A DNA stretch of 63,478 nt, counting the filler, from Saprolegnia diclina VS20 (taxonomy: Eukaryota), in the NCBI RefSeq assembly GCF_000281045.1. It is 5 parts of 2 records of this genome, joined end to end, with 100 filler letters (N's around TTAATTAATTAA, not from the genome) between each part and the next. Parts side by side here need not be neighbours in the genome. Positions count along the whole stretch, not along the records: positions 30,380 to 54,018 come from NW_008246072.1; 4 more parts are not named here. One strand, given 5' to 3'. The notes below the pieces were generated by a model. That model did not search any database. It worked only from the letters and a program-made list of their open reading frames with translations, and was not told the DNA's origin. Of the stretch, positions 31,552-43,096 are shown piece after piece; positions within the stretch are counted from its first letter, which is position 1; the number at the start of each line of letters is the position of its first letter. The translations under genes and the position numbers were made by a program.

Positions 31552-33160
31552 TGTTGAAAAAAATACTTCGTAGGAACTCATCGCCTCTTTTAGTGTTAAT
31601 TCTGAAATAGTGTGAAATGACGTGGCAACGCCTGCGTATGCGCAACCGTGGGGTCAAGAAGCACGGCACCGCCTGGCGCTGAGATTTCAGGGTACTCTAG
31701 TCTCATCATAGTCCATAGTCCGAGCTTCCACCTCGCGAGTGAACGCGGCTTTTTACATTGTGACACGACAGCATCTCAAGTGTCCCTTGGAACCACGCGT
31801 TAAGTGATGACTGCGCCTCCCGCGCAGCAGAAACCGGAGCTCGCAGGAAAACCCTTGGGTCGCGTACTTGCCGCTCTTGGTTGCAAACGTGTTGAGAAGA
31901 TCTTGGTTTCAAAGATGTGGTTGTCGAACGTCTAGTGGTCGCTCAACGCGCAACGCTTTGTAGTCGGCGCACCGTTCGAACCTCTATCATTCTCGTCGCT
32001 GCTGTCCACGGACGATGCCTTGGCCGCGACAACATGCATGTAGCCCGTCTGGTGCCAGAGACGCTTGGTGGCCATGGCCGTTTCGCTCGAGGCGTGCACA
32101 CAGGCGTCCATGCGAGCGCTGCGACCATCAAGGCCTTAATGGATGCACTGCCTGAGTCACTTTCGCTGGATTCGCGGTGGCAAAACCAAAGGTCAAACTC
32201 CATCTCGATCCACTGCCCATGGGTTCCTGCGCCAGCTCGCATTGCTGAATGGCGAGTGCTTGATATTCATGTTTTTAAAATGGGACGAGCGCAAGCAGCA
32301 CATTCGGTGAGCTAGAACTGTCATGTGAAGGACGAGTGTACGCTCACAGAACTTGTGCATGCATTCGTATGGTCAAGTTAAGACATCGCCACAGAGGTCC
32401 CTTGTTTCGCAACCACTTTACAGCAGTGTGCGGCTTCGCAGCGCGTCGCACTGCGTGCGCCTCGACTCTCCCGACGGGAGGACATCCCCTTCGTTTCAAC
32501 AAGAGAGAGATCGGCCTTGGGGAAAGCGCAACACGGTGCAGAGATCCGCGTTTTGTATGGGATTGTGACAAAGTGTCCTCAGCACCTCACGTTGAACAGC
32601 TGTTTTGTCTGGTGCATTCGTGAGTTACCGGATGGTTTGGAAACGGAGGCCGTTCGTCGCGCTGAGGCTTGCCTGGATAGTTCTAAAGTTGTATGCTGGC
32701 TAGACCTGGACGACTGTCGTTGATGGCTTGGCTGAGTGCGTCGGGTTCCTCGGCTTGGTAGCGCGGAATCGATGGCGCTGTTTGAACTGCTGTTTTGCGG
32801 TGTACGTCTGTTGCTCCCACGAATCCAAAGGCGCGCAACAGGTCGAGGACACAGTCAAGTATGGGGCCAGTCGCGTGTACAGTACCATACTATATGAATG
32901 TGGCCTGTGAGGGACTTTTGAGACGGGTATGTTTCCTATCTCCATCCGCGACGCCCAGAAGCGCGACGCGTCACGTAATTATGCTACGACTATCCAATGC
33001 ACCAATCCTCCCATTGACTAGAATCGTGCGCGTTCCACGAGATATCTTGCGTGTACCGGCCCCGTTTTGATCGTGTTCGAGCAACAACATTGTTCCTACC
33101 CCACACCCATTAGCAACGATTACGGTTGCCCGATATCAAGCAGGAGCAACTTGCGTCAGA

Positions 33161-33370
33161 CTATTGGCTATCATCTGAGGCCAGTCAAATCAAGAGGAAA
33201 CGCTATCGGCCTGCTGAGGATTTGAGAGATCATGGCCCAAAGTTATCAGCGCTTTTGATTGGCCGCTTCCTAGCGATCTCATTGGTCAAACGGTGAAGGT
33301 GATCGACGGCAGGAGCCAATGGCAGAGCTTAGGAGCGCCGGAGGCCGACAACAGGTCACTGATTGGTCAG
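33161..33370. promoter_or_regulatory. Cluster of CCAAT/ATTGG boxes upstream of the GT60 gene
   Basis: Five ATTGG/CCAAT words in about 210 bp (near 33163, 33258, 33281, 33316, 33362). Confidence 0.35.
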
Positions 33371-33629
33371 TTTTCGGCAAATAGCCCTACCCTGACGACC
33401 TTTTGACACACAATTTGCACCAGAATTATGACGTTTCTGTCGATAAGAGCTACACCAGTCGATTCCCCTTGGAATTCTGGTGCTGGTGCTATTCGCGCTC
33501 AGAATCGCCTCCAACGTCGATCTGATGCCTTCCGGTTTGACTGACCTCATCTCTTGCCACCTGACGACTCCATGTCTCGATCACCAAAAGTGGCATTCCT
33601 CAATCGATTGACCAGCGAGAAGAACGGGT

Positions 33630-35307
33630 ATGGACGCGCTGCACCACCTCACGTATGGCGTCAAGGGCGTCGACTTTGTCGCTGTCTACGACACGACCGT
33701 GCAGCACATTCCGCTGCGCAAGGATCTCGCACACCTTCGGCCGCCACCGCCTCGGCTCACCGACAAGCGCGACATCTTTATCGGTGTCACCGCCTACCGC
33801 GACGGCGTCAAGTGCGGCTTTACGCTCTGGACGGCCTTTGCTCGTGCGGCCCACCCAGAGAATGTCTTTGTTGGCGTTGTCGACCAGACCATGGCCGATG
33901 ACGTTGCCTGCATCGACGCCTACTGCGAACGCGCGCGCGAGACGTGGCCGACCGAGCCGTGCAAGTACAAGTCGCAGATCGCGATCGACGCGCGATCGGC
34001 AACTACGTCCAAAGGCCCGACTGTCGCCCGCGCGCAGCTGTATCCGCTCCTCGGTGACCAAGAGTTTAGCATGATGATCGACTCGCACGTGCAGTTTGCG
34101 CAAATGTGGGACGACTTGGTCATTGCCGAGTGGGTGGCCACGGACAACGAGATGGCCGTGCTCTCCAACTACCCGATGGGCTTTGAGCAACTGACGGCCG
34201 ATGCCACGTTCACAGGCAACTACGGCTCGCACGTGTGCAACTACGTCTCCCGCCCCGGCGCCGACGCGGTCGTCTACTATTCGGGGATCCTCACCGCCTT
34301 CAACTTTGAGCGCCCGCTCTTGTCGGTCTCGTGGGCCGGCGGCTTTTCGTTTGGGAAGAGCCACGCGTGGCACCGCGCGCCCATCGACCCGTACATGAAC
34401 TGGGTCTTCTGGGGCGAAGAGTTTTTACATGCGTACCAGCTCTGGACACGGGGCTACGACATGTACTCGCCGAGCCGATATGGCAACGTTGTCTTTCACA
34501 ACTGGACCGACAACGGCGACAAGCACCGGTACAAAAATGTCTTTTTGCATTTCGACAATATGAATGTATATTGTCGGTTGTAGATTCACCGACAATGTGA
34601 CGCTCGTGACGAGCCAAGACCAGCACAACCGCGAGGAAGCCATGGCGTACAACCGGTTCCGGCTCATCTTCCAGCAGTCGTTCAGCGGCGAGGTCGACTC
34701 CCGCGAGATCGACAAGTACGGCAGCGGCACCGTGCGGTCCCGCGAGCAGTTCTTCACGTATGCCAACATCTCCAACACGGACGCCAACAAGGACTTTGCG
34801 GCGTGCAACCAACTGCACTTTGTGCCGTACGCAGACCCGACCGAGCTCGAGGCGCTGCTTCCAGGGTGGCGCTTTGCCGACTCCAACTTGGCGGCAAAGG
34901 ACGTTGTCACGGTCAACAACTCGGTGCTCCACGACCTCCGACGCAAACTCGACGACGCCGAGACGACTGTGACGCAGCTGCGTCACGCTGTCGAAGCCGC
35001 GCGCCACGAGCAGACACATGCGTTTCAACTTCTCGAGACGGCGCGCAAGGAGCTCGAAGAAAGAGAGCAAGCGACGCTGCGCGCGATGCACCAAACGCTC
35101 GAGAAGGTCGCGCGGCAGAACAGCCGCATGATCAACGGCATGAGCATTCGCCTGCGCCAAATCCAGCAAACGTCCACCCACGTCTATAGCGAGCTCGCGC
35201 TCGTGGTGTTGATGCTCGTGACGGTGCTCATCGCTCTCTTTGGCCGCTGCTGGGGCAAGCGCAGATCGAACGCCGTTGCTTACACCAAGCTACAAGCGAC
35301 CGAGTAA
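33630..35307 (+). CDS. GT60 / Gnt1-like polypeptide GlcNAc-transferase with coiled coil and C-terminal TM helix; intron 34529-34583
   Basis: IFIGVTAYRD, VFVGVVDQ, GPTVAR, MIDSHVQF, VLSNYP, WAGGFSF and FWGEEF are GT60 motifs. A 55-nt intron joins the ORFs at 33630 and 34564. The start codon is uncertain. Confidence 0.85.
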
Positions 35308-36042
35308 GAGCTTCTGGCGCCATGACTGACAATCAGTTCTGGTTGCAAGACATTATCTATCTTTTAATTGAATATCTATCTTTTTTGCGCTATGCACAAA
35401 CCACGAGCGCAGCGAGTGCACCCGGCAGTAGCTGGGGTCCGCGCGCTAGCGCCGTAGGGCAATATGCATGTGGCATCGATATGTGCAGCTGAAGCGGAAG
35501 ATTATCGCGAGGCAAAGGCGACGGCAGCGAAGCAAGGGGAAGGTTGAGGCAGCTAAGAAAGAGCTCCTCCCGCCGACGGCTCTACCAATATCAGCCCAAC
35601 ACGGAGCATGATCGGGACGACGCACCGCCTTCACCGCGCCGCTGCAGCGCTACAAAGATTCACCAGCTCACTAAGTGCACCGTAGCGAAGGCTCCACCGC
35701 AGCGTGGTTCCCGCCGAAGGGCGGGGCACGGCGCACGCGTCCATCACATCTTCGCCATGTGGACGCGTGTTTGCATGGGGCAGGGTGCGTTCAAGTACAT
35801 GGTACAAGCCGTGTACCGATGATTTGATGGCATCCACGCTCTCCAAGCTACGACACAGACATACCGTCGGTCGACCAGTAGCCATACTGTTTGCTCGACC
35901 CACGGTGAAGCGCATCGTCGTCCATCTCGACACAGAAACAGTGCGACACTGACTACGTCGACCGGCGACCGTGTCGAACTCTACGACGGCAACTACTGTC
36001 TATAATCTTCAGGTTGGAAATGTGTGTTTAAATCAAATTTCG

Positions 36043-37973
36043 TCATGTGCTACCGTCTAATTCTTGCGCGGCCGCCATTGTGTTTTGTATGCGCCGAATG
36101 AGAATCTCGCGGTATCCGACGGCGTCGATGCGCGTGGCGCCTTGGCCAATCAAGCACGCATCATTGAGCCCGCCTCGATGTGGCTCAAACGTCCGCTCCG
36201 CGTGGCGAGGTGTCACGTACTCGGGAATCGCTGCGATGAGTGCTTCCGTTTTGGCCGCCCACGACGAGGCGCTGGACCAAACCGTGTTGTTGGACGTCTG
36301 GTTGTGGTTCCCTTGGTGGCGCGGTGGCGTGAGAATGTACTGGCCGTTGATATAGAGCAGCGGCGGGGTCGCACTGGCTTCCGGTAAGTAGTGCGCGAGG
36401 CTGCCGCACAGCGTCTCGTTGTGCAGCGCCATGTCGTCGGGCAAGGACACGACCGCGGCCGCGTGCTCGGAGAAGGCGTACGAGGCATTGGCCAAGGCGC
36501 ACGCCAGCCAAAAGTATTCCTTGTCCCCCCTAGGTGAGAGGAATTATCTCTCGAAAAAGCGCCCAAATAGAGTGTGACCTACCACGACAACCCAAACCGA
36601 GCGTACGCGGGTTCACGCCGCAGCTCGTGGACGAGGTGCCAAAGCACTTGCAACATTGTGTGTCCGACGCGGCTCTTGCGCACTAGCACGACCGACGAAT
36701 CTTGCTCATGCGCGGTGGCGTGCTGCCACGCCTTGGACTGTCGCAGCTGCGCGGACGGCTCAAGCCGCGTCAAGTTGAAGCGCGCGTAGGGAAACTCGCG
36801 AAACAAGCTGTGGAGCCCCGTCTCGTTGGACGACAATGGCGTGTTGAAGAACTGCGTGTAGTCGATCTGCCGGTCGTAAAAGAAGAGGGTGCCGGTCGAT
36901 TGGAAAGGCGGCGTGTCCCAGAGGACGTCGGGGTTCCGCAAAAAGATGTCGTCGGCGTCCAGCAGCATGACGTCGTCAAAGTGCGTGTGCAATAGCGCAA
37001 CGTTCTTGATGTAGTAGCTCTGGTACGCTCTTGCGTTCCGGATACGGCGCAAGTACGGCGTGTGCTTGACCAAGAGCCGACACACGTCGACAATCTCGAT
37101 GGCGTCGAGGACGTCGGCGGCCAGAATGCGCGCCCGCGTCGCGGCCGACAGCTCCGAGCGAAGGCAAGTGTAGACTTGAATCGGCAGCGAGTTGTTGAGC
37201 AACCGGAGATCCTGGATGAGCGAGATACCCATGGCCGCAATCTTCTCGTAGAGGCAGACGACGATGCCCCGCGTCGCGTGTGGGAAGCGCGAGACATGGC
37301 CGCGTTGAAAGGCGGTTTGGTTAAAGTTGGTGGGGGGCGCGACCACCTGCAGCGCTTTGGTAGGCGTTCGTGACACCAGCACTCTGGTAGATGACGGCAC
37401 AAGCTCCGAGTCGTTAAGCGGTCGCACGGGCGGCACGTTGCTTAATGTCGACACCAGCAGCACGTCGATAGGTGCTGGAGAGGCCTGCGAGTTGGCGGGC
37501 TGCGGGTCGGTTGTAGGTGCCGGCAAGTCGGTAGGCGCTCGAGAAGCCTGCGAGTCGGCTGGTGTTAGAGATACCGACACGTTGGGAAATGACAGCACGA
37601 GCTGCGAGTCCGTAAGCGCTGGAGAAGCCTGCGAGTCGGTGGGTGCTGGAGAAGCTTGCGAGTCGGTAGGTGCTTGAGACACCAACACGTTGGTTGATGA
37701 CGGCACAAGCTGCGAGGCGGCAGGCGCCGGTGAAGCCTGCGAGTTGGTAAATGACGGCATAGGCTGCGGGTCGGTTGGCGCCGACAAGTCGGCAGATGAC
37801 GGTACAAGTTGCAAGTTGGCAGGCGCCGGCACGACGTCAATGCGCTGCGCACGGCGCAGTTTCGACGGTGCGTCGAGCGACTGCGGCGCAAACACAAAGG
37901 CCAGTTGAACGAGCACCGAGATGCAAAGCAAGCAGGCAAAGAGCGCGGGAAAGAGTGGAATAGCCCGCTGCAT
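36043..37973 (-). CDS. GT71 (MNN-type) alpha-mannosyltransferase-like type II membrane protein; intron 36530-36582
   Basis: N-terminal TM anchor, then RGIVVC, LLDADDIF (DxD), TGTLFFYDR and EQDSSVVLV. Splicing restores WGDKEYFWLA. Confidence 0.85.
37470..37830 (-). repeat. Coding Pro/Ser/Thr-rich repeats in the GT71 stem (PAPTDSQAS, 27 bp; LVPSS.N units)
   Basis: Tandem GGAGAAGC(C/T)TGCGAGTCGGT-like units; the peptide reads APTDSQASPAPTDSQASPALTDSQ. Confidence 0.8.
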
Positions 37974-39275
37974 GTCTTGCTGACCTCGCTCGTCTCGGCG
38001 CTAGACGGAAATGATCGTCGACTCAATTCCAGTTGCCAGTCGAAGTGCCATTACACGTCGTGGACTGATATCATTTGACAAAAAATAGCTTGGTTTTTGT
38101 ATATGGCAGGGTTGCGGCAAAACCGATGTTTGGTTTCAGATAATGGGGCTCCATTATGGGCACTTCTTTGTAACGTGCCGTTTGAAACCTATACTTAAAT
38201 CTCAAAAAAGACCACCTTTTCTTAAACTGGCGATGCTGATCAAAAATTGCACGGGATTGTCGCGGGAATAGAAATGGCACCACCGTGGCCAGTGCAGTGA
38301 GTGCGTCCGCGGGGCCATGACAGCTTGAGGTGGTCATCAGTGCAAGCTATCAGTGCGCAAGCAAGAACTTCATTAGAGATGTAGAAGTATAACACCGCGC
38401 CTCGGCACCTCGGTGCCTTGTCAATTTGCGAGGTATCACTGTCATCCCACGCTTTTTCGTCGGACAAAAACGGCAAGCAAAGCCCAACGTTACCTACTGC
38501 GAACCGCCAGTCGAATATTCGACACGTGTGTATCACGCAGCATCCCATGGCGCCGCCCAGGACCCTTCTGTGCCATCAACAGCGGTTTGGCGCGGAGCGA
38601 TGACGCAAGCCACCGCCTGTCTCGACCAAGGGCCCGAACGCGCCACGGATCCCACGCCCGGGTCGCCTCAATGGCGCATGATCTTCTTTGGCGCGGTTGC
38701 ACTGCTGGCCACGGCAGCATCACACGACGCAGATTACCGATGCCGAGCCGCCACGACGCCTGGCTTCGCGACCGCTTCATCCCGGCTCATGCCCTTCACA
38801 CGCCTCGCCCCCAAAATGCCTCGCCCCGGCGAAACACCCTTGCTGCTGATGGCCGCACCACGCTTGGAGTCAATAGTCCGTCACCAAGACAGGTTCAGTG
38901 TACAGTACTAGTAAATGATATCTAAATAGCCTCACTTGAGAGTCTGAACAACGACGCAGCATCCCATACAGTGTCAATGGTATCGATATACAAACGATCT
39001 GATAAAATATCCACTCGAGAGGGTCCTTGTCGTGCATTGCGCCAACCGACGCCATCCAGACGAATATAATCTTTTAGAGACTAAAAACTGGTTTCGGGAG
39101 TGGGCCAAACATTTTGCTTCGGTCGCTAGAGCATATACTAGTACAGTCACCGCACCGCACGCGCTTGCCATTTTGAGATTCCCACGCGGCGTCTTCACTA
39201 CTTTACCTGAAAGCTGAAAGAAAGGAAGCCAATGTAACGTTAGGAGAATATAGTTCCATGCATTAACTAGTATGT

Positions 39276-39863
39276 TTACGCCGCGGGGCGCGCAGCAATC
39301 TGGGCTGACGCGACCGTGCGGCCGTCCTTGGCCTCGTCCACGACCCAGTCCATGGCCGACGAGAGCGTAAAGGCCGAGAGAACATCGTTGCGCGGGTCGT
39401 TGGTTGGGCCAAAGCGCGTGCGGCCGTCGTACCAGATCACCGCTTGACCCATCTCTTCGACGTTGGACGTCATGACGAGCCAGTAGTGGGCGTCGGGCTG
39501 CAGCGTCTTGGGCGTCGACGGCACCCATTGAAACTCGATGCGCTTGGAGACGGTTTCGATTTTGAATTTGTCGGCCTTGGCGTTCGCATCGCACGCGGGC
39601 AGTCCGTTGACCGTCGGGCAAATGTCAAGCGTGATCCACGTCGCCTTGGGGTCAATGTTCTTGGTCGTCACCGTCACGTTGGCATAGTCGACGAGCTGGT
39701 TGACGCCACACGCTCTTGCCGACCGGAACTGCACTGCGATCGCTTGGTCTTTCGAGACGGGCGAGCCCCAAGGGAGGTTGTCGTCGGGACGACCGCTGTC
39801 GAGAAGCAATTGCGCCGAGGTAGTCGCGGCGACAGCAAGAAGCGAAGGAAGGAGCCACTGCAT
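39276..39863 (-). CDS. Secreted hypothetical protein (beta-rich, 195 aa)
   Basis: Clear signal peptide MQWLLPSLLAVAATTSA, strong GC3 codon bias, intronless, AT-rich flanks. Confidence 0.75.
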   Translation of the reverse strand: MQWLLPSLLAVAATTSAQLLLDSGRPDDNLPWGSPVSKDQAIAVQFRSARACGVNQLVDYANVTVTTKNIDPKATWITLDICPTVNGLPACDANAKADKFKIETVSKRIEFQWVPSTPKTLQPDAHYWLVMTSNVEEMGQAVIWYDGRTRFGPTNDPRNDVLSAFTLSSAMDWVVDEAKDGRTVASAQIAARPAA

Positions 39864-40865
39864 CGCTAGGTTGAGCTACTCGACAGGCGGGTACTTTGGA
39901 AATGCCGACCAGTGTAGCAAAAAGCCGAAAGGGTGGTCTGAAATCAGATCTCGAGGCAAGTGCCACGGTGTCGACGTGGATAATCTGAGTTGCGCCAACC
40001 AGAAACAGTGCCACGTCACGAATGATATCTTGTCAGAAAATAGTCGTTTTTAACGTCTCATACAGAAAACAAGATGTAATGCAAAGAATACATGGCCGCC
40101 TTTTGCGCATTCACACCCATGTCTTCTCTCACGGGTGCGAGATAATGGAGCGAATGGCCGGTGACTCTGGTGGCGTAGAGTGCAAGGATGCACTGAGCAT
40201 TCTTGAATCCTAGATTGCACAGCAGCATCGATCCGCCTCGAAAACTCGAAAGCATTCAACGATGGCTCCCTCATACAGTGTATCCACCGGTGGAAGAACT
40301 TGTCGAAGTGAACAAATCGCCCGCACTCGTTCGAATCGTTGCGGTTGCCAACATGTTGTAGGACAGGCGGTCGTAGGGAACATGGACGAACCGACCGTCT
40401 TCAACCAAAAATTATATCGACACCGCACAGCATTGCAGTTTGTCAATGGCACATGATGTGAGAGCAAAAGCGGTCGTGATATACCGCCGATACCTGGAAC
40501 TCGGTATCGAGCTGCATTTTGGATCCTGTACGAGCTAAAATGGGTATGCATCCCTTGGACTTTGCCATTGCGTTGTCACGGAAGCCGAGACGGCGATACA
40601 TCTTGCTTAGGCGCATGCTTCGAACGGCTTCGAGAATTAAATTGACTTGCATTTCCACGGGCTACGCCAGCGCTTTTCTCGACCGCCCGCACCTTCCAGA
40701 TGACCAAGTAGTAGTCATATTCATGGAGGATGGGCTGGCAATATACATAAAATTGTATAGTTGTTGTGGAAGCATCTCCATACCCTCTTCATTGCCCGTC
40801 AGGCATGATCCTTTTTTGGTTCAAAACAGAGTCGCTCCCAAAATCACAACATCATATCCTGATGG

Positions 40866-42410
40866 CTATGCTCTATTACCGCCGACAAGACTCGCGCCTG
40901 CATATTTTGCCAAGAGGCTCTGTGTACTCGAGGGCGTGATGGACGTTCGGTCGTCCGCTACGGAGCTTGTCACTGCCTTGTATTTGTTCAGAATCGACTG
41001 CAGCCGATCGGTCGTGTCGGCAACGAGCGGTTGGTCGGGTGTTTGGCTTTTCCCATATTTGCCCAGAAGAAACTCACGCCGCGCGGCCAACGCTGCATGT
41101 GCATCCGCGTCGGTGGATGCACTTGGCGCGTTTGTCGTCGTCGTCAGCAGTGAAGCATTGTGCTGCCCTTTCATACCAAGTGCCAGCGGTATCCGCGGTG
41201 ACAGCGTCGACGAGGCCGGCGTCGATGCAAGACTTTGCGCAAACGACGACAAGGGCGGTGGCGGCTCGCTGGGCGACTGTAGAACGACTTGGTCAAATTC
41301 CTTTTGAAGCGTCGTCATCCACGACAAGTGCTTGATCTCGGCCGTCAACGGCGCCGACGTCATGGCTGACTTGCCATACTCGTTTTTTTTTGGGACGCGA
41401 ATCGCGGGGGGCACCACGTCGGCTTGGACCGCGGAGAATGGCGGCTCGTCGACTTGGTTGCTTGGTGCAGGCTTGGTGGCCTTGGAGGAGACGCGCGGCT
41501 TGCGATGCTTTTCCTTCTTTGGCAGTGCAACTTTGACACGCTTGGGCTTTTCGCCGTTCAGAAGCGGCGTGAGGTCTTGGGCGTAGCACGCAATCGTCTT
41601 CTTGGTGTGATCAATTTTAGGCGGGGGCTCGTCGACTTCGGCCGCCGCGCTGCGCGCCGTGCCTTTGGTCTAGATCATGGATCGTGCGTGATTCCTTTGT
41701 TGTAGAGATACAGTAGGTACGGTAGCCGCTAAATTTGGTAGGCGGGGGTATATCTTCATCACGGGCGCGATCTCCGCGACCGCCAGGGGGGGTGGCATGG
41801 CGGGCGCCGGTCGGGGTTTCGGCTTGGCCTTCTTGGTCGGCGCGCGCTTGGAAAAGTCGACGTCCCGAATGATCGCCATGGTCTCAAGCGTGTGGAACTT
41901 CTCTTCTTCTTCCGCGCGACGCTGCGCCAGCTCTTTTGCGCGCTGTCGTGCTAGCTTGCGCCGTTGCTTTTCCTCCTTTTCTTTTGCGAGTTGCCGTAGT
42001 CGGAACTGCCGCTGCTGCATCGCGACGGCAGCTTGCTGCTGCTGGAGAAAGTGGACTTGGTCGTCCAGCGCCACCTCGGTGGCCGCGAGCGATTGGTACG
42101 CGGGGTCGGCTTCGAGCTGCGCAAGGAGCGCTTCGTGCGCCGCACTAAGATCGGCCGATGCACTGCGCGCCGACTCCAGCGGATTGTTGCCGCTACTCGG
42201 CGCGTCATCGACGAGCGATTCGTCGTCGTCGTTGTCACTGTTAAGTCTCGCACTTGACGTTGAATTGCATGCACGACTGTTGTCGCCGTCGTCGTCGGTG
42301 GTATGAAGCGCCCGCCATTTTGCCCACTGCCGGTCCGTGTAATCTCGCCACGTTTGCTGAAGGACACGCGCTGCCCAGTGTCGCTCGAGCTCGTCGGTAT
42401 CGTCGTCCAT
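40866..42410 (-). CDS. IQ-motif, coiled-coil, Lys/Pro-rich protein; intron 41670-41720
   Basis: AARVLQQTWRDY is IQ-like. A 51-nt GT-AG intron removes the stop at 41670 and joins in frame to ORF 40866-41417. Confidence 0.7.
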
Positions 42411-43096
42411 CCTCAGTCGGTTTTGCACCGGTTGGCTACTAAATTTAATCCCGCCAGTCCAAATTGAGTCTTCTACAAAAATGCAGGCGGTCGTGGTGGT
42501 TCATAGTACTAGTAGCTCATTTCGAGTGGGATGGAGCACGCTTAATATCATGACGCACGGACCTTTGATCGTGCTCGCCTCTCGAGGGAGCGATGCACGG
42601 TGTTATCGTGCTTGCGAGCCAAAGCGAAAACGAATGTGGGAAGCGAGAGTCGTTGGCCAACAGAGTCGATGGCCAACAGAGTCGAAGAAGGGGCACTTTA
42701 GCACCGGCATTGAGTCGAATCATGGACAGATTCTAGGACTCTGTAGCACCCAAAAGTGAATAAATTTGTACGCCTTGCAAGGTGCAATATTGTCGATGTA
42801 TCGCGCCCGACGCAGCATGTCGAATAGGTGCATATGCAGACGTTGGTTCGGAACCCACCCGTGCTTTTTCAGGCGATTGCCTTTCGAGCTTTAAATAGTG
42901 TTGGCCGGCAGCAAGGATATCTTTTTCAAAATCAAATCCTCCGAGTAGGTAGCGCCACGTCCTTCGCACATAGCCATACCTCGTGCGGTTTGTGTCGTGC
43001 GTCGGTCGACTACACAGCGTCCCATCGCCACGCACATAAAATTCACACTAAATCCAGTCGTATCCGAGTCGAACGTGACCGTTCAAGATACCCGCC

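Noticed and set aside
15681..35307. A Skp1 hydroxylation/glycosylation cluster (oxygenase-like genes plus Gnt1-like GT60)
   Set aside because: A contig linker at 30280-30379 separates them, the oxygenase-like proteins lack iron ligands and do not resemble PhyA, and the GT60 looks membrane-bound.
38426..38911. 161-aa ORF with a hydrophobic stretch
   Set aside because: No recognisable motif or confident start; cannot be told apart from chance.
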